Shown: positions 1 through 13,093 of the stretch, piece after piece | How the letters are laid out: every line of letters begins with the position of its first letter | Numbering within the stretch: position 1 is the stretch's first letter | Source: Pristiophorus japonicus | Taxonomy: Eukaryota | Direction: 5' to 3' | Assembly: GCF_044704955.1 (NCBI RefSeq) | Contig: NC_092006.1 | Span: 4,898,001-4,962,000, forward strand | Length of the DNA: 64,000 nt | Notes under the pieces: generated by a model | What the model was told of the DNA's origin: nothing | Database searches by the model: none | What the model saw: the letters and a program-made list of their open reading frames with translations, nothing else | Position numbers and translations under genes: made by a program

Positions 1-494
1 TTTTAGAGATCCTGCCGGACTACGCCAGAATCTGTCGAGGAAATATTTAGCTTAAATTAACTCAGGCGGAGACTTTCAGAAGTGCACTTCGAGAGAATTT
101 ATTTTAAAAAGCGAGATAAATCTCGGAGAGCCTGCTTGGACCGTACCAAGGCAAAAACTCTGCCGTACAGGCAAATTGTCCCTATCTTTATACAGAAATT
201 GAATACAGAAATATAAAAGGAATCTTATTCATTAGTCCCGCGAGTACAAAGGTCGTCTCGGGAGGTACACACTCTATCTGTCCTTGCATAGTTTCTTTCT
301 GTTCACAGTCTGATAAGCAGAATAAAAGGAGACTCCCTTTTAATCCCAGATGGTCATTTAATTGCATCTCTAAGTTTCAAGGCTAAAAAAGCGTGGCTAT
401 TTTTCTAGTCCTATTATTTCTTTAAGCATAGCAAAAACAGAATTTAACCCTTCCCTTTTCCATAAGCCATAGATTCATAGATTCTTTCTTCCAC

Positions 495-797
495 AGGCAC
501 TCCCTCAGTACCGCCCCTACAACAATGCGGCGCTCCCTCAGTACTGCCCCTCCGACACTCCCGCCCCTCTGACGGTACTGCTGTTCCCTCAGTACCGCCC
601 CTCCGACAGTGCGACGCTCCCTCGGTACTGCCCCTCCGACAGTGTGACGCTCCCTCGGTACTGCCCCTCCGACAGTGTGACGCTCCCTCAGCACTGCACT
701 GGAGTGTCAGCATAAATATTTGTGCTCAAGTCTCTGGAGTGGGACTTGGACACACAACATTCTGATTCAGAGGTGAGCATGCTGCCCACTGAGCCAT
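495..797 (-). mobile_element. 5' part of tRNA-derived Deu-type SINE with internal 33-bp tandem (ctccctcagtactgcccctccgacagtg...)
   Basis: Minus-strand tRNA-like head (tggctcagtggg) followed by the same internal tandem seen in the full copies at 24311-24975 and 40700-41480. Confidence 0.75.
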
Positions 798-1324
798 GAG
801 TAAACCAGATGAGTTTTTACGACAATCCAGTAGTTTTATGGTCACTATTACAGAGTTGAACTGTTAATCCCAGATTTATTAACTGAATTTAAATTCCCCA
901 GCTGCCCTGGTGGGATTTGAACTCTGGTTTGCGGATCATTATTCCGGGCCTGGGGATTAGTAACGCAGTAATTTACCACTACGCTGACGGGTCTGCCTTC
1001 TCTTACAGTCAGCGTCGATGGCAGTATCGATACTGTGAGGAGTTCCCCACTACCGTTGTCTGATTGGGGCTGCACTGTGACGCGGGAGATTTCAATAAAA
1101 GAGTGATAAGTCTGGTGGCCAAACGAGTCTCGTCTTTTTTTGGGTTGCTGTCCGATGGACATCTTACGCCGTTGTCCGCTCGGGACACGGAAGAGCACTT
1201 CAGCGACTGGGAGAGCTTGACACCGAGCCCAGGGTAGCGGTTGGTGGGAGAGTGGGGGGGCACCTGGAGTGGGCCGGGGACTGAGCGAAGGTTCGCGAGA
1301 GCTGGGATTTCAGGGGGACCATTG

Positions 1325-2230
1325 CTGGGTAGCGGTGTGAGCTGTGAGGAGGACGCTAAGAGGCTGCAAGGTGACTTGAACAGGTTAGGTGAGTGGGCAA
1401 ATGCAAGGCACATGCAGTATAATGTGCATAAATGTGAGGTTATCCACTTTGGTGGTAAAAACAGGAAGGCAGAATGTTATCTGAATGGTGACAGATTAGG
1501 AAAAGGGGCGGTGCAACGAGACCTGGGTGTCATGGTACATCAGTCATTGAAGGTTGGCATGCAGGTACAGCAGGCGGTGCAGAAGGCAAATGGTATGTTG
1601 GCTTTCATAGCGAGAGGATTTGAGTATAGGAGCAGGGAGGTCTTACTGCAGTTGTACAGGGCCTTGGTGAGGCCTCACCTGGAATATTGTGTTCAGTTTT
1701 GGTCTCCTAATCTGAGGAAGGACGTTCTTGCTATTGAGGGAGTGCAGCGAAGGTTCACCAGACTGATTCCCAGAATGGCAGGACTGACATATGAAGAAAG
1801 ACTGGATCGACTCGGCTTATATTCACTGGAGTTTAGAAGAATGAGAGGAGATTTCATATAAATATATAAAATTCTCACGGGATTGGACAGATTAGATGCA
1901 GGAAGAATGTTCCCGATGTTGGGGAAGTCCAGAACCAGGGGTCACAATCTAAGGATAAGGGGTAAGCCATTTAGGACCGAGATTAGGAGAAACTTCTTCA
2001 CTCAGAGAATTGTGAACCTGTGGAATTCTCTGCCACAGAAAGTTGTTGAGGCCAGTTCGTTGGATATATTCAAAAGGGAGTTAGATATGGTCCTTACGGC
2101 TAACGAGATCAAGGGGTAAGGAGAGAAAGCAGGAATGGGGCACTGAGGGAATGTTCAGCCATGATCTTATTGAATGGTGGTGCAGGCTCGAAGGGCCGAA
2201 TGGCCTACTCCTGCACCTATTTTCTATGTT
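1325..2230 (+). mobile_element. CR1 LINE 3' fragment (RT C-terminus + 3' UTR)
   Basis: ORFs with LQGDLNRLGEWA...[18 protein letters not shown]...NFFTQRIVNLWNSLP; ends in ttctatgtt. Confidence 0.9.
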
Positions 2231-2379
2231 GACAGTCGGAGGTGAGGCATAGATACAGGCCTTTCTAGTCTGCACCGCCATTCAATGAGTTCATGGCTGA
2301 ACATGCAGTTAGAGAAAGAATTCAGGGAGCGAATTCAGAATTCCTGAGCGTACTGACGGAATGTTGGGCTTCCATGGGA

Positions 2380-2965
2380 ACAAGAGTCGGCCATTCGGCC
2401 CCTCGAGCCTGCTCCGCCCTTCAATAAGATCACGGCCGACCTTCGACCTCAACTCCACTTTCCCGCCCGATCCCTTGACTCCCCCCAGTTTCCAAAAATC
2501 TATCGATCTCAGCCTTGAATATATTCAACGACTGAGCCTCCACAGCCTCTGTGGCAGAGAATTCCAAAGATTCACCTCCCTCTGAGTGAAGAAATTCCTC
2601 CTCATCTCAGTCCTAAATGGCCGACCCCTTATCCTGAGACTGTGTGACCCCTGGTTCTAGACTCTCCAGCCCGGGGGGAAACACCCTCCCTGCATCTACC
2701 CTGTCAAGCCCTGTAAGAATTTTATATGTTTCAATGAGATCACCTCTCATTCTTCTAAACTCTCGAGAATATAGACCTAGTCTCCTCATAGGACAATCCC
2801 CCCATCCCAGGAATCAGTCTGGTGAACCTTCGCTGCACTCCCTCTATGGCAAGTATATCCTTCCTTAGGTAAGGAGACTCAAACTGTGCACAGTACTCCA
2901 GGTGTGGTCTCACCAGGGCCCGATATAATTGCAGTAAGACATCCTTATTCTTATATTCCATCTTG
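2380..2965 (-). mobile_element. CR1 LINE 3' fragment
   Basis: Minus ORF 2755-3045 contains [11 protein letters not shown]...[10 protein letters not shown]. Confidence 0.85.
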
Positions 2966-3193
2966 CTGCGAGTTAGGACACAGGGCGACAGAGTTTTGTT
3001 GGCCTCATGTTTAAGGAGGTAGAACGTGGGAGGCCAGGAGAGCATTGGAATACAAGTGTAAGGGCGAAGATGAAAGCTCCCAATCAGTACCCAGGTTAAA
3101 GAAATGGCCCCTTTGAGGGATGTGAATGGCTCCTCCTGGACTCTGCTCTCTGTTGATGCCCTTTGGTGTGAAGCTACCGCACAGCCGCTGCCT

Positions 3194-6100
3194 CTCCAGC
3201 AGGTGGCGCTGTAACATCCCCTCCTTCTCCAGCAGGTGGTGCTGTAACATCCCCTCCCTCTCCAGCAGGTGGCGCTGTAACATCCCCTCCCTCTCCAGCA
3301 GGTGGTGCTGTAACATCCCCATTCACTCCAAGAGTTGGCGCCGTAACAGTCCCATTCTCTCCAGCAGGTGGCACTGTAACATACACTCCCTCTCCAGCAG
3401 GTGGCGCCGTAACAGTCCCGTTCTCTTCAGCAGGTGGCACTGTAACATACACTCACTCTCCAGCAGGTGGCGCCGTAACAGTCCCATTCTCTCCAGCAGG
3501 TGGCACTGTAACATACACTCCCTCTCCAGCAGGTGGCGCCGTAACAGTCCCATTCTCTTCAGCAGGTGGCACTGTAACAGCCCCTCCCTCTCCAGCAGGT
3601 GGCGGTGTAACATCCCCTCCCACTCCAGCAGGTGGCGCTGTAACAGTCCCATTCTCTCCAGCAGGTGGCACTGTAACATACCCTCCCTATCCAGCAGGTG
3701 GCGCTGTAACAGTCCCATTCTCTCCAGCAGGAGGCGCTGTAACAGTCCCATTCTCTCCAGCAGGTGGTGTTGTAACATCCCCATTCTCTCCAGCAGGTGG
3801 CGCTATAACATACCCTCCGTCTCCAGCAGATGACGCTGTAGCATCCCCATTCTCTTCATCAGGCGGCGCTGTAACATACTCTCCCTCTCCAGCAGGTGGC
3901 GCTGTAACAGACCCTCCCACTCCAACAGGTGGCGCTGTAACAGACCCTCCCACTCCAACAGGTGGCGTTGTAACAGACCCTCCCTCTCCAACAGGTGGCG
4001 CTGTAACAGACCCTCCCACTCCAACAGGTGGCGCTGTAACAGACCCTCCCACTCCAACAGGTGGCGCTGTAGCAGACCCTCCCTCTCCAGCAGGCGGTGC
4101 TGTAACATCCCCATTCACTCCAACAGGTGGTGTTGTAATATACCTTCCCTCTCCAGCAGGAGACGCTGTAATATCCCCATTCTCTCCAGCAAGTGACGCT
4201 GTAACATCTCCTCGCTCTCCAGCAGGTGGCGCTGTAACCCCCATTCTCTCCATCAGGCGGTGCTGCAACATCCCCTGCCTCTCCAGTAGGTGGCGCTGTA
4301 ACCCCCATTCTCTCCATCAGGTGGTGCTGCAACATCCCCTCCCTCTCCAGCAGGTGGCGCTGTAACCCCCATTCTCTCCAGCAGGTGGCGCTGTATCAAG
4401 GATCAAGGGGTATGGCGAGAAAGCAGGAATGGGGTACTAAAGTTGCATGTTCAGCCATGAACTCATTGAATGGCGGTGCAGGCTCGAAGGGCCGAATGGC
4501 CTACACCTGCACCTATTTTCTATGTTTCTATGTATCATCCCCTCCCTTTCCAGCAGGCGGCGCTGTAACATCCCCCATTCTCTCCAGCAGGTGAAACATA
4601 GAAAATAGGTGCAGGAGTAGGCCATTCGGCCCTTCGAGCCTGCACCACCATTCAATAAGATCATGTCTGATCATTCACCTCAGTACCCCTTTCCTGCTTT
4701 CTCTCCATACCTCTTGATCCCTTTAGCTGTAAGGGCCACATCTAACTCCCTCCTGAATATATCCAATGAACTGGCATCAATAACTCTCTGCGGTAGGGAA
4801 TTCCACAGGTTAACAACTCTCTAAGTGAAGACGTTTCTCCTCATCTCAGTCCTAAATGGCTTACCCCTTATCCTCAGACTGTGACCCCTGGCTCTGGACT
4901 TCCCCAACATCGGGAACATTCTTCCTGCATCTAACCTGTCCAGTCCCGTCAGAATTTTATATGTTTCTATGAGATCCCCTCTCATCCTTCTGAACTCCAA
5001 TGAATAAAGGCCCAGTTGATTCAGTCTCTCCTCATATGTCAGTCCAGCCATCCCTGGAATCAGTCTGGTGAACCTTCGCTGCACTCTCTCAATAGTAAGA
5101 ACGTCCTTCCTCAGATTAGGAGACCAAAACTGAACACAATATTCCAGGTGAGGTCTTACCAAGGCCCTGTACAACTGCAGTAAGACCTCCCTGCTTCTAT
5201 ACTCAAATCCCCTAGCTATGAAGGCCAACATACCATTTGCCTTCTTCAGTGCCTGCTGTACCTGCATGCCAACTTTCAATGGCTGATGAACCACGACACC
5301 CAGGTCTCGTAGAGGATTTGAGAATAGGAGCAGGGAGGTCTTACTGCAGTTGTAGAGAGCCTTGGTGAGGCCACACCTGGAATATTGTGTTCAGTTTTGG
5401 TCTCCTAATCTGAGGAAGGATGTTCTTGCTATTGAGGGAGTTCAGCAAAGGTTCGCCAGACTGATTCCCGGGATGGCAGGATTGACATATGAGGAGAGAC
5501 TGGATCGACTGGGCCTGTATCCACTGGAGTTTAGAAGAATGAGAGGGGGATCTCATAGAAACATATAAAATTCTGACGGGACTGGACAGGTTAGATGCAG
5601 GAAGAATATTCCCGATGTTGGGGAAGTCCAGAAGCAGGGGTCACAGTCTAAGGATAAGGGGTAAGCCATTTAGGACCGAGATGAGGAGAAACTTCTTCAC
5701 TCAGAGAGTTGTAAACCTGTGGAATTCTCTACCACAGAAAGTTGTTGAGGCCAGTTCATTAGATATATTCAAAAGGGAGTTAGATGTGGCCCTTACGGTC
5801 AAAGGGATCAAGGGCAATGGAGAGAAAGCAAGAAAGGCGTACTGAGGTTGAATAATCAGCCATGATCTTATTGAATGGCGGTATAGGCTCGAAGGGCCGA
5901 ATGGCCTGCTCCTGCACCTAATTGCTATGTTTCTATGTAACATCCCCATGCTCTCCAGCAGGTGGCGCTGTAACACCCCCATTCTCTCCAGCAGGTGGCG
6001 CTGTAACATCCCCATCCCTCTCCAGCAGGTGGTGCGGTAACATCCCCATTGTCTCCAGCAGGTGGCGCTGTAACACCCCTCCTTCTCCACCAGGTGGTGC

Positions 6101-6280
6101 TGTAACATCACCTCCTCCAGCAGGTGGCACTGTAACATCCCCCCTTCTCCACCAGGTGGCGCTGTAACATCACCTCCTCCAACAGGTGGCACTGTAACAT
6201 CCCCTCCCTTCTCCACCAGGTAGCGCTGTAACATCAGCTCCTCCAGCAGGTGGCGCTGTAACATCCCCTCCCTCTCCAAC
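3194..6280 (+). repeat. 33-bp minisatellite (ctccagcaggtggcgctgtaacatcccctcc..) with a CTCF-consensus core per unit, interrupted by CR1 insertions
   Basis: 11-aa periodic ORFs (SSRWRCNIPSL). About 36 units at 3194-4392, about 2 at 4549-4593, about 10 at 5953-6280. Confidence 0.95.
4395..5937. mobile_element. Three CR1 3' fragments inserted in the minisatellite (+ 4395-4532; - 4595-5310; + 5310-5937)
   Basis: CR1 RT C-terminal ORFs 4821-5294(-), 5362-5568(+), 5615-5845(+); (ctatgttt) tails. Confidence 0.85.
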
Positions 6281-6968
6281 AGGACTCCTGTCGGAACCTC
6301 AGCACAGAAGGAGGCCATTCAGCCCGTGCCGGCTCTCTGTAAGAGCACTTCAGCTAGTCCCACTCCCCTGCCCTTTCCCGTTGCCCTGTAGATTGTTTTT
6401 TCCTTCAGGTACTTATCCAACTCACTTTTGAAAGCCATGATTGAGTCTGCCTCCAGCACCCTCTCAAGCAGCACATTCCAGATCCTAACCACTAGCTGCG
6501 GAAAAAGTTATTGCTCCTGTTACCTTTGGTTCTTCTGCCAATCGCCTTAAATCTGTGTCCTCTGGTTCTCAACCCGTCCGGCGATGTGAACAGTTTCTCC
6601 CTCTGTACTCTGTCTAGACCCCTCATGACTTTGAACGCCTGTATCAAATCTGCTCTCAACTTTCTCTAGTCTAAGAAGAACAACTGCCAACTGAGCTGGT
6701 GATAAACTTCTTGAGTGCTGTCGGAGCTGCAACTCATCCAGGCAAGTGACGAGTGTTCCATCACACTCCTGACTTGTGCCTTGTAGACGGCGGAAAGGCT
6801 TTGGGGAATCAGGAGGTGAGACACTCGCCGTAGAATACCCAGCCTCTGACCCGCTCTTGTTTACACAGTATTTATGTGACTGATCTGGTTGTATATTCGA
6901 TGTAATTCTGTGCAAACCATTTGCAATGTGGCTAGGCAGAGTCACTGCACGAGTTCCCAGCCCCTGTA

Positions 6969-8115
6969 CATAGAAACATAGACAATAGGTGCAGGAGTAG
7001 GTAATTCGGCCCTTCGAGCCTGCACCACCATTCAATAAGATCATGGCTGATCATGCAACTTCAGTACCCCATTCCTGCTTTCTCTCCATACCCCTTGATC
7101 CCTTTAGCCGTAAGGGCCACATCTAACTCCCTCTTGAATATATCTAACGAATTGGCCTCAACAACTTTCTGTGGTAGAGAATTCCACAGGTTCACAATTC
7201 TCTGAGTGAAGAAGTTTCTCCTCATTTCGGTCCTAAATGGCTTACCCCTTATCCTTAGACTGTGACCCCTGGTTCTGGACTTCCCCAACATCGGGAACAT
7301 TCTTCCTGCATCTAACCTGTCCAGTCCCGTCAGAATTTTATATGTTTCTATTAGATCCCCTCTCATTCTTCTAAACTCCAGTGAATATAAGCCTAGTCGA
7401 TCCAGTCTTTCTTCATATGTCAGTCTTGCGATCCCGGGAATCAGTCTGGTGAACCTTCGCTGCACTCCCTCAATAGCAAGAATGTCCTTCCTCAGATTAG
7501 GAGACCAAAACTGAACACAATGTTCCAGGTGTGGCCTCACCAAGGCCCTGTACAACTGCAGTAAGACCTCCCTGCTCCTATACTCAAATCCTCTCGCTAT
7601 GAAGGCCAACATGCCATTTGCCTTCTTCACCGCCTGCTGTACCTGCATGCCAACTTTCAATGACTGATGTACCATGACACCCAGGTCTCGTTGCACCTCC
7701 CCTTTTCCTAATCTGTCACCATTCAGATAATATTCTCTCTTCCTGTTTTTGCCCCCAAAGTGGATAACCTCACATTTATCCACATTATACTGCATCTGCC
7801 ATGCATTTGCCCACTCACCTAACCTGTCCAAGTCACCCTGCAGCCCCTTAGCATCCTCCTCACAGCTCACACTGCCATCCAGCTTAGTGTCATCTGCAAA
7901 CTTGGAGATATTACATTCAATTCCTTCATCTAAATCATTAATGTATATTGTAAATAGCTGGGGTCCCAGCACTGAACCCTGCGGTACCCCACTAGTCACT
8001 GCATGCCTTTCTGAAAAAGACCCGTTTATCCCGACTCTCTGCTTCCTGTCTGCCAACCAGTTCTCTATCCACGTCAGTACATTACCCCCAATACCATGTG
8101 CTTTAATTTTACACA
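6969..8115 (-). mobile_element. CR1 LINE 3' fragment, RT domain (351-aa open frame)
   Basis: SGVPQGSVLGPQLFTIYINDL...KFADDTKL motifs; 5'-truncated. Confidence 0.95.
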
Positions 8116-8659
8116 CTGTGTCCTCTCCTTACTCACAGAGCACTTCAATCCCCAGATCAATTCTCATCGCCGCCACATATAAAGCGGTCAGTTTCTGACT
8201 GGCACTTCGCAAAAAAACATCTGAAATGTTAAAAAAAAAACTACCCAAACCTCACTGAATGATACGGCACAGGAGGAGGCCATTTGGCCCATCCTGCCTG
8301 TGCTGGCTTTGTGAATGGGCTGCACCAGCTGGAGAGATCAGGACGTGTGGGGGCTCTGGGTGAGAAGTGGGTCAGAGCTCGATGATTTCACCTCTTTAAA
8401 TTGACACCGACCACATTTTAAGACAATCAAACGCTTTATTATATTCAAGCACAATGGGGGAAAAAATGCAATGATGGCAAACCCAATAAAAAGAGGGAAT
8501 GCTGGGAGTACACGGCTGGTCGGTCAGTGTCTGTAGTGGGGACAGACGGGTTAGTGTGGCTCGTAGAGAGGGACCCACTCCCGCAATCCCTCAGTTACTC
8601 ATCCCTCCGCCTCACACAGGCTGACTGTGTTTCCAGCGTTTTATAGTGTTATTTTACAA

Positions 8660-9180
8660 AAAAGAAAGAGAGGGAAAGAGAGAAAGAAAGAGAAAGAGAG
8701 AAGGAAAGAGAGAGAGAAAAAGAGAAAGAGAAGGANNNNNNNNNNNNNNNNNNNNNNNNNNNNNNNNNNNNNNNNNNNNNNNNNNNNNNNNNNNNNNNNN
8801 NNNNNNNNNNNNNNNNNNNNNNNNNNNNNNNNNNNNNNNNNNNNNNNNNNNNNNNNNNNNNNNNNNNNNNNNNNNNNNNNNNNNNNNNNNNNNNNNNNNN
8901 NNNNNNNNNNNNNNNNNNNNNNNNNNNNNNNNNNNNNNNNNNNNNNNNNNNNNNNNNNNNNNNNNNNNNGAGAAGGAAATAGAGAGAGGGAAGGAAAGAG
9001 AAAGAGAAAGAGAGAAAGAGAAGGAAAGCGAGAACGAGAAGGAAAATGAGAGAAAGAGAAGGAAAGAGAGAGAGAGAGAGAAAGAAGGAAAGAGAGAAAG
9101 AGAGAGAGAGAAAGAGAAAGAAAAAAGGAGAAAGAAAAAGGATAAAAAGAGAAAGAGAGAAACAAAAGGAAGGAAAGAAA
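8660..9180 (+). repeat. GA-rich low-complexity tract spanning an assembly gap
   Basis: (GAAA/GA)n on both sides of the N run. Confidence 0.9.
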
Positions 9181-9801
9181 GACTTGCATTTATATAGCAC
9201 CTTTCTCAACCTCAGGACGTCCCAAAGTGCTTTGCAGCCAATGAAGTACTCTTGAACCAATCACTGTTGTAATGAGGGTTAAAGAACTGGCAGAGGAGCA
9301 GAGGGATTATAGAGTGATGGGTTTATTGCAAGCCCTGCGTTAATCAATAACTTATTTTAAAGTGAATGTTGTTCGGAGGTTTCTTTGTCGAGTTTGATTT
9401 CAGATCAGAGTGTCCGACTGCCGACGGATTCCGTAAACTGATGAATTTTCTCCGGACCATCAGCGTCTCCTCCTGTTCCCACTGAGGCAGTGACAGTTGA
9501 CGATGCAGCTTGAGGAAGAATGAGGAAAAAAGAGAGTGACTATACGTTAAGTTCTTCATTGTCTCTAAACGTTTTGGGAAGTCCTGAGATCTGGACTAGG
9601 AATTGAACCCACAAATTTCTGAGTTAAGAGGTGAGAGTGTGAGCAACTGAACCACTGCAAACACCTGGACATATGCACACACACATATAGACACAGACAT
9701 GTACACGTATATACACACACAAGCACATGCACACACACATGTACACAGACGCGCACACACACACACACACAGATATACACACAGCCATGCACAGAGACAC
9801 A

Positions 9802-10523
9802 CGCAAAGTGCTGCAGTACAGCGGGACCTGGGGGTCCTTGTGCATGAAACACAAAATGTTAGTATGCAGGTACAGCAAGTGATCAGGAAGGCAAATGGCC
9901 TTTATTGCAAGAGGGATGGAGTATAAAAGCAGCGAAGTCCTGCTACAACTGTACAGGGTATTGATGAGGCCACACCTGGAGTACTGCGTGCAGTTTTGGT
10001 TTCCATATTTAAGGAAGGATACACTTGCTTTGGAGGCAGTTCAGAGAAGGTTCACTCGGTTGATTCCAGAGATGAGGGGGTTGACTTATGACGATAGATT
10101 GAGTAGGTTGGACCTACACTCATTGGAGTTCAGAAGAATGAGAGGTGATCTTATCGAAGCGTATAAGATAATGAGGGGGCTCTGGATGCAGAGAGGTTGT
10201 TTACACTGATGGGGGAGACTAGAACTAGGGGGCACGATCTTAGAATGAGGGGCCGCCCATTTAAAACTGAGATGAGGAGGAATTTCTTCTCTCAGAGGGT
10301 TGTAAATCTGTGGAATTCTCTGCCTCAGAGAGCTGTGGAAGCTGGGACATTGAAGGCGGAGATAGACAGATTTTTGAGCGATAAGGGAGTGAAGGGTTAT
10401 GGGGAGCGGGCAGGGAAGTGGAGCTGAGTCCATGATCAGATCAGCCATGATCGTATCAAATGGCGGAGCAGGCTCGAGGGGCCGAATGGCCGACTCCTGC
10501 TCCTATTTCTTATGTACTTATGT
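9802..10523 (+). mobile_element. CR1 3' fragment inserted in a CA-rich tract
   Basis: ORFs 9895-10209 and 10197-10427; CA-rich sequence on both sides. Confidence 0.85.
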
Positions 10524-10784
10524 TCAGACAGGCACAAATACAAACACAGACTCGCCCACATACAAACACAGACATACACACACACAAATGCATTCTGACG
10601 TCTTGTATAACGGCTTCGCATAGAGGCCATTTAAGAACATGATTTGAGTTACCTTCACAATTACAGATGGGTGTCATCGCATTTTTACATCCCTATAATA
10701 ATTCCTGTGGCTAAAGTATTAAAAACAGTAAACCCACCATGGGCAGGAAGGGGGTAATGATGACCTTTATTCTCTGTAGCGATT

Positions 10785-10880
10785 TGAAAAAAAGATTGCA
10801 AATTCTGAAATAAACACAGAAACTGCTAGAATTACACGGCGGTTTCTGTGTTTATTTCAGAATTAGCAATCTTTTTTTCA
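10785..10880. repeat. ~42-bp-arm inverted repeat (hairpin / MITE remnant)
   Basis: tgaaaaaaagattgcaaattctgaaataaacacagaaactgc ... gcggtttctgtgtttatttcagaattagcaatctttttttca. Confidence 0.8.
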
Positions 10881-11299
10881 TATTTTTCGAAGGCTTTTTC
10901 GAAGGCCTATTGCCCGAGACATTGCCCGATGGTTTCTATTAGTAGATGCCAGTGTGGTCGAAGGATTCGTTTTGTTTCCAGTCAGAGCGACAAATGGCGA
11001 TTCGATGGACATTAAGGTGATGTGGACCAGACCTCTGTTCCATTCATGCATAGGCGAAACTGTCCTTTGAAGCTGTCGGCGAACAAAATGTGAAACGCAC
11101 ATCAATTCTTGTAAATCCTTGATCACCTTCTATAAATATCGAGACTAGAATTGTGAGATGGTCTTTGAATCAATCGTACAAGCCCGTGGAAAATCTTAAA
11201 AATATAATACAGAGGTCAGAGTTGGGGGAGTGACCCGGTTTTGACACAATGTTAAATAGAGTGAGACTGTTGCCGATGTAAACTGGTCCAGTGACTCAC

Positions 11300-12570
11300 C
11301 TTTCCTTGTGGGATCGCATTGAATCACCGAAACGTACAGCACGGAAGGTGGCCATTCGGCCCATCGTGTCCGCGCCGGCCGACCAAGAGCCACCCAGCCT
11401 AATCCCACTTTCCCGTTCTCGGTCCGTAGCCCTGTAGGTTACGGCACTTCAGGTGCACATCCAGGTACTTGTTAAATGTGGTGAGGGTTTCTGCCTCTAC
11501 CACCCTTTCAGGCCGTGAGTTCCACCCCAGACCCCCACCACTCTCTGGGTGAAGAAATTTCCCCTCAAATCCCCTCTAAACCTCCCCCCAATTACTTTAA
11601 ATCTGTGCCCCCTGGTTGTTGACCCCTCTGCCAAGGGAAACAGGTCCGTCCTATCCACTCTATCCCGGCCCTTCGTAATTTTATACACCTCAATCAGGTC
11701 TTCCCTCAGCCTCCTCTGTTCCAAAGAAAACAACCCCAGCCTCTCCAATCTTTCCTCATCGCTAAAATTCTCCAGTCCAGACAACATCCTGGTAAATCTC
11801 CTGTGCACCCTCTCTAGTGCAACTTCCTGGTAAATCTCCTCTGCACCCTCTCGAGTGCAACATCCTGGTAAATCTCCTCTGTACCCTCTCTAGTGCAACA
11901 TCCTGGTAAATCTCCTCTGTACCCTCTCTAGTGCAACATCCTGGTAAATCTCCTCTGTACCCTCTCTAGTGCAACATCCTGGTAAATCTCCTCTGCACCC
12001 TCTCTCGTGCAATCACATCTTTCCTGTAATGTGGTGACCAGAATTGCACGCAGTACTCCAGCTGTGGCCTAACTAGTGTTTTATACAGTTCAAGCATAAC
12101 CTCCCTGCTCTTGTATTCCATGCCTAGGCTAATAAAGGCAAATAATCCGTTTGCCTTCCTAACCACCTTATCCACCTGGCCTGCTACCTTCAGGGATCTG
12201 TGGACCTGCACTCCCAGGTCCCTCTGTTCCTCTACACTTCTCAGTGTCCTACCATTTAATGTGTATTCCCTTGCCTTGTTAGACCTCCCCAAGTGCATTA
12301 CTTCACACTTCTCCGGGTTGAATTCCATTTGCCGCTGTTCTGCCCGCCTGACCAGTCTATCTCTTGTCTCGCCCTTCTGAAAGAATTCGCTGTAAATTGC
12401 CGTTGAAAGGCACGCGGAGGGAATCACGTCGAGCAAACATTTACTGACGAGCACCAGTTAAGTATCAAGTCTCACCTGCTTTGCCGCTGCCATGATGCCA
12501 AAGTGGAGGATAAGGATCAATACTAGAGCCAGGATCCCCGGGACAGTCATTGCACCAGGCACGCACCACC
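11300..12570 (-). pseudogene. Inverted pseudogene paralogue of IgSF gene A: TM exon (12570-12476) and first cytoplasmic exon split by CR1 (12376-12361 / ~11315-11300)
   Basis: TM exon GWCVPGAMTVPGILALVLILIL aligns with gene A DWCTPILPAIGVSAILVLVLILII but is frameshifted near its end. aatttacag..tttcag|aagggcgagacaagag and caaggaaag|gtgagt match gene A exon 34606-34636 and its flanking introns. Confidence 0.8.
11316..12360 (-). mobile_element. CR1 fragment with internal 38-bp tandem (about 11785-12010)
   Basis: ORFs 11966-12454 and 11497-11808; inserted inside the pseudogene exon. Confidence 0.85.
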
Positions 12571-12619
12571 CTACAGAGACAGAACACCGAGACATTGCTG
12601 CTGGCTCAAACCATTATCT

Positions 12620-13062
12620 CAGTGGTTCTCGACCGGTGTTCCGCAGCACATGCCGTGAACCCTTCACAGGGGTGCCGCCAAATTGTGTAAAAGTATGGTG
12701 GACTTTTGCTGATTTCACAATGAAACACAAACCATTTAACTCTGAAACAGAAGGGGAGGGGGGAGAGAGACAGACAGACACATGTGTCATCTACCTATAT
12801 GTACCACACCACTGCTGTAGTAAGCATTGCCAATATCGACAAATAGCTATCTATTTATCTCTACTATTATCAAAAAAAAACGATGTTCTCGAGTTGTACA
12901 AGTAACAATGACAAGAGACAACAGACACAAACAATGTAAATGTCCATACTCAGAACAAAATCCTTTGGCAAAATGTGTTTCCTCGGACACCACCCCTCTC
13001 CCACTCCGTTACTCCCTCCCATTACTGATAGAGAAGTGCTGGTGTCTACCATCGAATGAGAC

Positions 13063-13093
<31 letters not shown>

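Noticed and set aside
1009-1233. AG/GT-bounded unique segment with faint Ig-like words (LHCDAG, RDTEE)
   Set aside because: Stops in all three frames; lacks the W and YxC motifs.
3126-4335. Long periodic ORFs and CRISPR-like regularity
   Set aside because: Head-to-tail 33-bp minisatellite without unique spacers; ORFs are by-products; eukaryotic context.
7061-8116. Reverse transcriptase ORFs (also 61577-62515) as host genes
   Set aside because: 5'-truncated CR1 ORF2 fragments with typical 3' UTR and tails.
9344-9510. Possible terminal exon of the minus-strand pseudogene
   Set aside because: Has a pyrimidine tract and AG, but no recognisable TxYxxL or alignment to gene A by eye.
10982-11310. 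Apparent degenerate + strand V exon (GETVL*SC...FYK...NVK*SET)
   Set aside because: Five stops, no second Cys, and 11180-11310 is better explained as minus-strand intron/exon paralogy to gene A.
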